DNA from: a bacterium
GTDB taxonomy: Bacteria; Bacteroidota; Ignavibacteria; Kapaibacteriales; UBA2268
DNA length: 64,000 nucleotides
Reading direction: 5' to 3'
NCBI GenBank assembly: GCA_030431515.1
Contig: JAUIIX010000010.1
Location: 2,753-66,752, forward strand
The notes under the pieces are model-generated. The model did not search any database. It was not told where the DNA came from and worked only from the letters and a program-made list of their open reading frames with translations. Below are positions 49,500-58,504 of the stretch, in pieces (the first letter of the stretch is position 1; each line of letters starts with the position of its first letter). Made by a program: the position numbers and the translations under genes.

Positions 49500-52400
49500 T
49501 TATTTTTCTACAACGAATTTGTCTTTTGCGTTCAAATATTCAGAAGATATTTCGTAGAAGTAAACGCCATTTGATAGTAATTCAACTGGAATTGGAATAG
49601 AATAATTTCCAGCATTCATTTTCTCATTTTTAATTACTGCTACTACATCACCTTTTGAATTCATAATTTGAATTACTGTCTCAGAATCAAATGCTAATGA
49701 GAAATCAATATTTGATCCTCTTGATGTTACAGGATGAGGAGAAATTAATCCTGGAGTTGCATTATTAAATTCTGATAAATTCAAAGGTCTTAATCCCATT
49801 GCACAAACTGGATCTAAGTCCATTGTTATTTGAGATGGTGGTTCGATAACCGCACAAGCATTTCCAATTGGATCTGTTATAGATGTTTCTAAAACTGTTT
49901 CAGTATTACCAGGGTCTCTTCCTTCTAAATACAACTCTTCAGCTAATTTAGTTTCAGTTCCGTTAGATAATCCACCGATTGGAATATTTGGTACACCAGT
50001 TTTGAAACTTACTTCAAATAATCTACCAGATTCATTTATGAAATTATTCCCAATTGCTTTGATTTTAAATGCTATTGTTTCTTTTACAATATATTTATTT
50101 CCTCTATCTGCATCTAATTCAAACTTAATTGAAGTTGTTGGAACACCAATAATTTCAAAAGTACTTTCATAAGCATCTACTAAACTTACTCCAACAGATT
50201 TGTTATAAGTTAAATAACCTTTTCTATATTCAACTTCAATATCTAATTCTTGTAATTGAGCATCTGTAATGTCAGGAGATTGTTCCAAACTTACAATATA
50301 ATTTAAGTTCCTATGACTTGGTGTATTGTAATTGATTGGCTCTACTAAATCTTGACCATCGTCTTTTTTAACTAAGTTAATTGTTCCTCTAATGAAACTA
50401 TTAGAAGTTAAACGACATTCTTGAGGTGCTGGTAGATCTTCAACTGTTGTTATGTCAGTTTCTACATCCATTATTAATATCTTTGGTATAGCATCATATT
50501 TTGCAGATGGAGTATATGTCAATAAAACAATCATTTTATCTCCACTTGCTAATGTAACATTGTCAGCAGAAGGATAATTGTCAATTGTTCCACCGTTTCT
50601 TCTTACTTCTACACCGTCGATTGTTAATGTATATCCTGCAGTACTACCATCTTGTGGAGTAAATGTAAGATTTTTAATTAATACATCTTTACTACCAGTA
50701 TTTGTATAGTAGAAACAGTTATCATAAGTTGCTCCACTAGTGTGAACATAGTTTTGGTCAACTACTAATGGATTAGTTATACAAGAATATAAGTCAACTG
50801 AATTACTATTTAAACCTGGTCTAACAGCATTACCTGTTAAAGTTAATGTATTATTAAATTTACCTGTTACTCCTGATTCATCTGCATCAGAATCAATTAC
50901 GATATTAGTTGTATGTACTACATCAGCTTGAGTAGTATAGTAAGTAACATCTACATTAAATGATTCTCCAATTCCTAATGAAATTGGGTAAACTCCAGAG
51001 CCACCAATATCAGCTAACATTTTAGCTTCATCAACATAAAAGTTTTTAGTAACTCCAAGTTGATTAATATCTGTAGTAGCATCTGCTCCCCAGTTAATAC
51101 CAGTGATAATTAGTACATCACCATCATCAGTATTCGTTGGCTCGTTAGTAACTGTTAAAGTTCTTACTTGTTGTTCTGTAGGAACACCAGCTGTAATTGT
51201 ACCAAAATCAACAGTGTTTGTTTCTTCAGTTCCATTATCATCATAATATAAATTCATATTTGGAACAACACCATGCCCTTGAATTGCATATCTTGTTTCA
51301 GAACCTTTTACTTCAGAATTACTTTCAAAGTAATAGTTTATTTCATATTTTCCAACAGCAGTTGGTTTGAAATATACTTTGCGTTGATTTGATTTTTGTC
51401 CTGGTGCTATTTTTATTCCTTTAAAGAAATTCATCGGATTCGTAGGTAATACAGTTGCAAAATTTTGTTCAAAAGAGAATGCATTTAAACCGTCATTTGT
51501 ACCAGCAGGTCCTGTAACACCTTCGAATTTAATATCAGATATAGCTAATTGACTAGCAAACTCACCAGAAGTTGTGTTAATTGCAGTAATTACTTCACTA
51601 CCTAATGGTTCGTATTGGTTTGTAGGTTGTTTAGGGTAGTTAATTCTAACTTTTTCCCAATTATATTCTTGAGTTAAGATACCAGCTTGAATTGCTTTAC
51701 CATCAAGAATACATTCAGGGTCACAACCTAAATCATTTTCAGTTTGGAAAACAATTTTATCAGGATAATTTCCAACAGCAGATGGAGCGAAATTAACTCT
51801 AAATGTTAATTCTTCACCTGGATTTAAAACTACTTTATTTGCTCCATTATCTATAACTGGCAAAGTATGAGTATATTCTGGGCTTGTTGGTTGAGTATAA
51901 CCGATAATTGTTAAAGGTTGAGTTCCTTCTACTCCATCACACATATTTTTAACTCTTAACACAGTCGATTGAACTGCTGGGTTATTACCATCAACACTAA
52001 GTGCGTAAGGTTGGAAAGAATAATCATCTACTGTGATACCAGGTATTCCTGTTTCAGCAGAAATTCTAGCATAGAAGTCATCGTTACAATCTGTAGCAAC
52101 ACCAACTGAATCAAAGAATCTTCCTTCCTTATCAGTAGTAAATTCAACAGTAAATTCTCTTTTTTCTCTTGGTCCGAAAGCATCAGCTAAATTCCAACTT
52201 AAAGGTTTAACAATTTTAAACCCTTGAGTTTTATTTAACAATTTAACTTCTTTTACAGTAAAAGTTCTTGTATCGGACATATTTTCAATTTCATATCTTC
52301 TTGTATGTAATTCGTTTAAGCCAACAACACCTAATGGTTCTAAAAGCAGATCACCATTTGTATCATCAGCAGCAAGTTCACGTAATTCGATTAATTCAGG

Positions 52401-54311
52401 ATAATATTCGATAGTGTCTCTTGAAACATTACCAGATCTATCAGAAAAAACTAAAACAACTCTTGCGTATTTTTTTGGATCCTCAACTTTTATTTCCCAA
52501 GCAGTTGTTGGTGTACCAGGAACAAAATTTGAATTATCATATTCAAAACCAGTAAAGTTAATAATATCATCCCATTCTAATTCTGGAATTGCAAGACCAA
52601 CTCTAATATTATCTGGATCAGGATCAGGGTTATCAGTAGTTGTTCCATTAACATTTCCTTGACAGTCCATTGTCCAATTGATAGTTGGAGGAAGAGTATC
52701 TTTACTTATAACTCTAAGAGCTGTTGCCGTTGGAAATCCATAAGAATCATAATTATCAACCCCAGAAGAATAACATGCAAATAGAGTAGATGATTTTATT
52801 TTAAAAATCCCATCACCAGGTAAAATCACCCATTTATGTCCAAAAATTCTACCTCTATGAGGAGTATTTGAAACGCCTGTTGAATCATCGCCTGAACCAA
52901 TTTCATACATTAATTCTGCAGATGCACCAAATCTATTTCTAAGTGTAACCCAGTCAACTTCACCTCCACCTTTAACAGTTCCAAACATCATATCCTCTGG
53001 TACAAGTCCATTTTCATCTGTTTCAAAGATAATGTTTAAGTAGTTAGCACCAAAATTCTTTCCACCTCCAGCAGCAGGTGTAGCAAATAATATTTCATTT
53101 TGATATTGCTCAACAGGTGTTAATACCATCGAGAATGGATCTGTTTCTTTACCATCATCTTGAGAAGATGGATTAAATAAAGCAAGATAAATAGGTTTAT
53201 CTGAAGTATAAACTGCAGGTCTTAATTCTAAACCAACAGGCCAAACTCTAGTTTCATACCAAGCACTGTTCTGAGTACCTCCTGCTTGGCCAACACCTTT
53301 AGAGAAATAAAATAATTCTTGACCATCTCTCCAAACTGTTGTTTGTGGATCACGAGCAAAAACTCTTAATATACTTGGTTTATCTCTGTTGTGCATATAA
53401 GGTACATTATATACTTGTCCCCAAGAGTGCATAGGAATATCCATTTCTACGGTATAGTCACAAGCCCTAACCCTAAGAGGAATATCAGTACAATATTGAC
53501 CTGAGATAAAAGCTACTGGTTTATCACTTTCAATTAATGAACCTGATAATGTTTCATCTTGTTCAACGTTAGAAAGAACAACTACATCACCTTTATTCAT
53601 TTTGAAAGTATGTGAATCACCAGGTCTAAGAGTTTTACCTCCTAAAACTTTAACTTGTGTCATATCATTACCACCTAAGGTAAATTTCACATTATTTTTA
53701 CTATAAGGTGATACAATACATACCATATTTGGTAAACTACCAGTTGACCATTCTCTAGCATCATAGACTGTTGATATATATTTTGTTCCTAAGCCATGAG
53801 TTGGTAATGCTAAATACCCATCAGAAGTAAAACTATATCTTACCATAACATATACTATTATAGGTTGGTCAGAAGTAATATTTAACCCTTTACCAGCATG
53901 TACGTGAGCAGGTAGTCCATAATTATCATTTAAGTTATGAATATACGGTTGACATTCACCTGGTTTCAAATCAAATGATTTTGCAGTTCCAGCAGGTACT
54001 TGTAATGACATATCAATACCATTCTCTTGTCTTATTCTTACATTTGCATCAGCTGAAGCACCAATAAAAAACCTAGTGAAGTTAGTTGGGTCAGCTACTA
54101 AATATGGAGGTGGAACAGTCAACCAATAATCCCTACCAGCATTGCTTGGACCTTCTAATAATTTTACTATTCCTTCTTTAATAACTTCCTCGTCAGTCTC
54201 GCCGTTTCTTAATTCGGCTTGAGCAAGAGAAGTAGATATGAGAAGCAAGAAAATTATGTATAAATTTTTCATAATAACACCATAAATTAAATTAAAAAAT
54301 ATTTTTTTCAT
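49500..54311 (-). CDS. Giant T9SS-sorted surface protein with IgGFc-binding-like N-terminal domain and many Ig-like/choice-of-anchor-D-like modules
   Basis: The likely true start is at 54272 (MKNLYIIFLLLISTSLAQA signal peptide). The N-terminal ~330 aa fit the IgGFc-binding N-terminal domain pattern (SDQPIIVY..SDGYLALP..LGTKY..SDKPVAFISG..C). The C-terminal NGVYFYEISSEY...KFVVEK is a T9SS CTD. Confidence 0.85.
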   Translation of the reverse strand: MKKIFFNLIYGVIMKNLYIIFLLLISTSLAQAELRNGETDEEVIKEGIVKLLEGPSNAGRDYWLTVPPPYLVADPTNFTRFFIGASADANVRIRQENGIDMSLQVPAGTAKSFDLKPGECQPYIHNLNDNYGLPAHVHAGKGLNITSDQPIIVYVMVRYSFTSDGYLALPTHGLGTKYISTVYDAREWSTGSLPNMVCIVSPYSKNNVKFTLGGNDMTQVKVLGGKTLRPGDSHTFKMNKGDVVVLSNVEQDETLSGSLIESDKPVAFISGQYCTDIPLRVRACDYTVEMDIPMHSWGQVYNVPYMHNRDKPSILRVFARDPQTTVWRDGQELFYFSKGVGQAGGTQNSAWYETRVWPVGLELRPAVYTSDKPIYLALFNPSSQDDGKETDPFSMVLTPVEQYQNEILFATPAAGGGKNFGANYLNIIFETDENGLVPEDMMFGTVKGGGEVDWVTLRNRFGASAELMYEIGSGDDSTGVSNTPHRGRIFGHKWVILPGDGIFKIKSSTLFACYSSGVDNYDSYGFPTATALRVISKDTLPPTINWTMDCQGNVNGTTTDNPDPDPDNIRVGLAIPELEWDDIINFTGFEYDNSNFVPGTPTTAWEIKVEDPKKYARVVLVFSDRSGNVSRDTIEYYPELIELRELAADDTNGDLLLEPLGVVGLNELHTRRYEIENMSDTRTFTVKEVKLLNKTQGFKIVKPLSWNLADAFGPREKREFTVEFTTDKEGRFFDSVGVATDCNDDFYARISAETGIPGITVDDYSFQPYALSVDGNNPAVQSTVLRVKNMCDGVEGTQPLTIIGYTQPTSPEYTHTLPVIDNGANKVVLNPGEELTFRVNFAPSAVGNYPDKIVFQTENDLGCDPECILDGKAIQAGILTQEYNWEKVRINYPKQPTNQYEPLGSEVITAINTTSGEFASQLAISDIKFEGVTGPAGTNDGLNAFSFEQNFATVLPTNPMNFFKGIKIAPGQKSNQRKVYFKPTAVGKYEINYYFESNSEVKGSETRYAIQGHGVVPNMNLYYDDNGTEETNTVDFGTITAGVPTEQQVRTLTVTNEPTNTDDGDVLIITGINWGADATTDINQLGVTKNFYVDEAKMLADIGGSGVYPISLGIGESFNVDVTYYTTQADVVHTTNIVIDSDADESGVTGKFNNTLTLTGNAVRPGLNSNSVDLYSCITNPLVVDQNYVHTSGATYDNCFYYTNTGSKDVLIKNLTFTPQDGSTAGYTLTIDGVEVRRNGGTIDNYPSADNVTLASGDKMIVLLTYTPSAKYDAIPKILIMDVETDITTVEDLPAPQECRLTSNSFIRGTINLVKKDDGQDLVEPINYNTPSHRNLNYIVSLEQSPDITDAQLQELDIEVEYRKGYLTYNKSVGVSLVDAYESTFEIIGVPTTSIKFELDADRGNKYIVKETIAFKIKAIGNNFINESGRLFEVSFKTGVPNIPIGGLSNGTETKLAEELYLEGRDPGNTETVLETSITDPIGNACAVIEPPSQITMDLDPVCAMGLRPLNLSEFNNATPGLISPHPVTSRGSNIDFSLAFDSETVIQIMNSKGDVVAVIKNEKMNAGNYSIPIPVELLSNGVYFYEISSEYLNAKDKFVVEK

Positions 54312-54349
54312 TTTTAAAAAAAGTAATATAACTATTAAAGTATTAATAA

Positions 54350-54357
54350 CAAAATTA
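54350..54357 (-). promoter_or_regulatory. Putative -7 box (TAATTTTG on minus strand) for the giant surface-protein gene
   Basis: CAAAATTA on the plus strand, 39 or 78 nt upstream of the two candidate ATGs. Confidence 0.35.
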
Positions 54358-54453
54358 TTGTTTTATACATACGCATAAAAATACAAATTTTATTATACTT
54401 TTTATAAATTTGTTATACTTCCTACCTCTATTAATAAAATAGAGGCGATTTTG

Positions 54454-56001
54454 TTACATTTTTTTTAGAATTATTTTTTGATTCAAGGCGTGTTCTAACA
54501 TTTCTTTTCGACTATCTCCACTCCATAATTCTATATCTATATCATTTTCAGTGTGTTGTGGGATTTGAAATTCAAGATGAGTATTTTTTTGACTTACAAT
54601 AATATTTTCAACATTTTTGAGTTGTCTTCTGTCAAGTCCTTCTACTAACCTTAAAATTCCTCCCAAATACCAAAGTACTTTTTGATCATATTGATTCAAA
54701 TTTGAGTAGTTAATATGTGAGTTTTTTGGAAGTGATTTTCTATGGTAGCGAGTAATATTTGCAATTAATTCTGCTTCTTGATTTGTGAAGCCAGGCATTT
54801 CTGTGTTTAATATTAAATAGTAAGAATGTTTGTGATGTTTGTCATGTGATATAAAAAAGCCACAATCATGTAAATATGACGCTACTTTTAATAATTCTCT
54901 CTCGTGTTTTCCTAAATTATGTAAGTCTTGTAATTCATCAAATAGTTTGAGAGATAGTTTTGCTATATGTTTTGAATGTAAAAGATCGACATTGTATTTT
55001 TTTGCTACTTTTAGAGTGGTGTTTTGTCTTAATTTTAAAATATTATCACTTAATTCTTTATTATTTACTAATTGATAATATTTGAAGAAAATCCCTTCTC
55101 TTAGAGCATAACTTGAAAAAACTATTTCTTTTAATTCTAAGTAGTTTATAAAATATTCTGTAATTAATGCGCCTGCTAATATAATATCAGCTCTTTGTTC
55201 ATCAAGTCCATTTATTGACTTTATTTTATCTTTATTTTTATATTTTTTTATTTTTTCAATTATTTTTAATATTGACTTACCGGTAGCTTTTAATCCATTA
55301 GAATTTTCTAATAATATTGTTCCACTTTTTACTGCTGCCATAGAAATCAAGTTTTGTAAGGTTCCAGATGTGGCTATTGTATAATCGAATTTATGCTTTA
55401 TTAATTTATTTAAAGTTCGTGTCCATTCACTTTTGATATAATTTTGGCAACTAATTATATCTTGTTTTGTTATATTTTCTTTATCAAAGAACATCTTAGA
55501 TAGTCGAACTGTTCCTATTTTGGTACTATTGCAGTAAGCGACTTCTCCATTTAGACCAATCAAGGTTTCTGTGCTTCCTCCACCAATATCTATCAATAGA
55601 GTTCTTTTTCCGTAAACAGGTAAAGATCTGATTGCACCTGAATAAATTAATCTTGCTTCTTCCCTACCAGATATTACTTCAATATCAATTCCAGTTTCTG
55701 CATATACAGTATCAATGAATTCTTTTTGATTGTCTGCTTCTCTTACAGCACTTGTGGCAATAGCTTTGATGACTGCGTTTTCACTTTCGGCAATTTTACT
55801 AAAATGTTTAAGTGCTATTACACCTCTATTCATTGCATCTTCAGTTAGCATTTTCATTTCACCAGGTGAGTTACCTAAACGTACTAACTCTTTTTCCCTT
55901 TGAATGATATTAAGCATTCCTTGCGAATCTAAGGACGCAATTATCATGTGAAACGAATTTGTACCTATGTCTATCGCTGCTATTTTTTTGTTTTCTGTCA
56001 T
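54454..56001 (-). CDS. ppx: Exopolyphosphatase / pppGpp phosphohydrolase (Ppx/GppA) with C-terminal HD domain
   Basis: 515 aa with AIDIGTNSFHMII, DIGGGSTE (ASKHA fold) and HDCG...HHKHS (HD domain). Confidence 0.85.
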   Translation of the reverse strand: MTENKKIAAIDIGTNSFHMIIASLDSQGMLNIIQREKELVRLGNSPGEMKMLTEDAMNRGVIALKHFSKIAESENAVIKAIATSAVREADNQKEFIDTVYAETGIDIEVISGREEARLIYSGAIRSLPVYGKRTLLIDIGGGSTETLIGLNGEVAYCNSTKIGTVRLSKMFFDKENITKQDIISCQNYIKSEWTRTLNKLIKHKFDYTIATSGTLQNLISMAAVKSGTILLENSNGLKATGKSILKIIEKIKKYKNKDKIKSINGLDEQRADIILAGALITEYFINYLELKEIVFSSYALREGIFFKYYQLVNNKELSDNILKLRQNTTLKVAKKYNVDLLHSKHIAKLSLKLFDELQDLHNLGKHERELLKVASYLHDCGFFISHDKHHKHSYYLILNTEMPGFTNQEAELIANITRYHRKSLPKNSHINYSNLNQYDQKVLWYLGGILRLVEGLDRRQLKNVENIIVSQKNTHLEFQIPQHTENDIDIELWSGDSRKEMLEHALNQKIILKKM

Positions 56002-58491
56002 TTACAAGTAAAACTTACTGAAGTAAATTAAATAATCAATGAATGAATTTTTAATTTGATATAATGTCAAAGGCAATATTATTAGTACAATTAATAATAT
56101 TGATACTGTTGAATATACTTTCCAAGATGATAAATCAAATACAACTGTTGTTGCTTTAATCATTCTAAAGATTGACCACAATAAAAGCCCCATCAATAAT
56201 AATATCATTGAGATAGCTATTCCTTCATTTAAAAGAAATAATTTTTGAGATACTATTGCGAAAGGTAAGATTAATATTATTGGAATAAATGACCAAACAG
56301 TTATTATATATGTGTCAGAAAAGAATATTTTTCCACTTGCAACACTAGAAAATAATTTTAAAACTCCTGAGACTACAAATAAAAATAAAAATATTGTAAC
56401 TGTGATGATAAACATAAATGGCTCTGGTTGCCAAATCATTTTAAATACATTTTTTTGTAAATCAATATTCGGAATTATTAGTTTTAATAAATACTGTTCT
56501 GCTTCGTAGTTTCTGAAATGGAATAAAAAATTTGCTAAGAAAATTCCAAGCGTTACAGAAATCATAATGCTAAGAATCAATGTAAGAGTTGTAGAAATTA
56601 ACCTCTGATCTCTAATATCAGCATAAAAATTATAAGGACTTAAAATACTACGTTTAAAATATTCTCTAAATCTTTTAATTCTATTTAATAAGAAAATAAA
56701 TACTAATAGTAAAACTAAGCCAAGTATGATGAACATCATAGTGTTTTGTTCTGATTGACTTCCAGCATCTAATATTGGTTCTTTTTCTTGATTGAATAAA
56801 GATAAAGTTGTTTCATAACTTAATCTGGCAATTCTATTTCTATCTACTAAGCCAGTTGATGATAAAAATAAATTTTTGTTATTGGTTCTAAGTGTTGGGT
56901 TTTGTAATAAGTAATCGTTAAATGAATTAATAATACAACCAGCTAACTGCTTTTTTTCAGTTATATAAAATAGATTTCTAATTATATTCGCTTGATTTTG
57001 AACTGATAACATATCCAAATAACCATTGTTATTATTCAACTGAACTGGTAAACCAAAGTTTAATATTATTGAATTTTGATTATTTAATTTTTTATCAATT
57101 AGATTAACAATTTTATCATAATCAACATAAGAATCATAAATAGCAACCATTGATATATCTTCATTACCTAAATTGTTAAGTTTATTAACACTATAGGTTC
57201 TATAAAATTTATTATCTGACTGAAATTTATATGTATTTTTGGGTTTATTAATAAATTCTATTTCAGAACCAAGTCCCCATGCTAATAAAGAAACATTAGT
57301 AGAATAAGCAGATTCAAATCTTCTACTTACATTTTCTAATCTTACTTTTAATTCATTAGTATTATATATTCTATTAGGTAGTCTGTACGCTGGTAAATCT
57401 ATTAAGACTAATAATCCATAAGTATCACATAAATCTAACATATACTTATGAGGAGGGTGAAATTTGAATCTAACTAAATTAGCACCAAGTTTTTTTATTA
57501 ATTTTATATCTTCTTCAAATTCTTTCATTGATAAAGTTGCTCCCTTACCTTTGAAATCTTCAACATAATCAATCCCTTTGATGAATAGTTTTTTATTATT
57601 CAAATATAATTGACCATCTTTAAACTTAGTTGATTTGAAACCTACATTTTGAGAGTAAGTATCTAAAAGCTTGTCATCTTTATATACACTCACTTTTAAT
57701 TCATAAATGTTGGGGTCTTCATTAGACCACTTTTTTGGATTACTAACAACAAATCTTAGATTCTTTTCAATAGATCTTTCGCTTTCGATTTTAAAGTTTT
57801 GATCTTGCATCTTTGCAACACTAAGTCCATCGTATAGAAGTTCAGCTTCTAAGCGAACCACCATATTATCTGAATATTGTTTAGCACTGTCAGATCTACT
57901 ATTTAATGCTCCAGAATTAACTAAAACACTTCCTTTTAAAATATGATTGTTTTGAGAATATTCAGTATTTACATCAAATAGATTGTGAATCCATACTTTC
58001 GATGTTCCTATAAATAATACATCACGAGATATTCCTGAATAATATCTCATTATGTCAAGTCCCATAGTTTTACTGATATAAGTATAGTCATCTAAAGGAA
58101 TACATTGTAATTTAATTTTTACATTTTCTTCATTAATGAGCTTTTCTGGAATTTTAACATAAAATGGTGTCATTCCACCAAGATATCTCCCTACAAAATT
58201 GTCGTTAATATAAACTTCAATATCACTATCAATTCCAGCAAAGTATAATTGCCATACTTTACTTTTTAATAGTTTTTTATCAATTTTAATTTCTTTCACA
58301 AAAGTCATTACTTCGTTATTGGAAGTTGAGAAAGGAATATATTGTTTCTTTCCTGTTTGAGTATTATCCCAATTTCCTTTTAAATCAACAACAACTCTAT
58401 CTTTTGTTTTAAATAAAGAATTGTAATTTTTAGAATTAAATGAAAATATATTCGCAGTTAAAAAAAGTAGTAATATAAATATCAATTTCAT
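56002..58491 (-). CDS. GH2-like ectodomain fused to a C-terminal ~6-TM membrane domain
   Basis: 829 aa with a signal peptide, a GH2-type sugar-binding/Ig/TIM region (VRFKFHPPHKYMLDLCDTYGLLVLIDLP, LAWGLGSE) and a ~260-aa polytopic domain from residue ~570. Confidence 0.6.
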   Translation of the reverse strand: MKLIFILLLFLTANIFSFNSKNYNSLFKTKDRVVVDLKGNWDNTQTGKKQYIPFSTSNNEVMTFVKEIKIDKKLLKSKVWQLYFAGIDSDIEVYINDNFVGRYLGGMTPFYVKIPEKLINEENVKIKLQCIPLDDYTYISKTMGLDIMRYYSGISRDVLFIGTSKVWIHNLFDVNTEYSQNNHILKGSVLVNSGALNSRSDSAKQYSDNMVVRLEAELLYDGLSVAKMQDQNFKIESERSIEKNLRFVVSNPKKWSNEDPNIYELKVSVYKDDKLLDTYSQNVGFKSTKFKDGQLYLNNKKLFIKGIDYVEDFKGKGATLSMKEFEEDIKLIKKLGANLVRFKFHPPHKYMLDLCDTYGLLVLIDLPAYRLPNRIYNTNELKVRLENVSRRFESAYSTNVSLLAWGLGSEIEFINKPKNTYKFQSDNKFYRTYSVNKLNNLGNEDISMVAIYDSYVDYDKIVNLIDKKLNNQNSIILNFGLPVQLNNNNGYLDMLSVQNQANIIRNLFYITEKKQLAGCIINSFNDYLLQNPTLRTNNKNLFLSSTGLVDRNRIARLSYETTLSLFNQEKEPILDAGSQSEQNTMMFIILGLVLLLVFIFLLNRIKRFREYFKRSILSPYNFYADIRDQRLISTTLTLILSIMISVTLGIFLANFLFHFRNYEAEQYLLKLIIPNIDLQKNVFKMIWQPEPFMFIITVTIFLFLFVVSGVLKLFSSVASGKIFFSDTYIITVWSFIPIILILPFAIVSQKLFLLNEGIAISMILLLMGLLLWSIFRMIKATTVVFDLSSWKVYSTVSILLIVLIILPLTLYQIKNSFIDYLIYFSKFYL

Positions 58492-58504
58492 AATTTTAAA
58501 CCAA

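Noticed and set aside
54425-54445. Hairpin CCTCTATT/AATAGAGG as the terminator of ppx.
   Set aside because: No U-run follows on the minus strand, and it lies in the promoter region of the giant surface-protein gene. Its function is ambiguous, so it is not listed as a feature.
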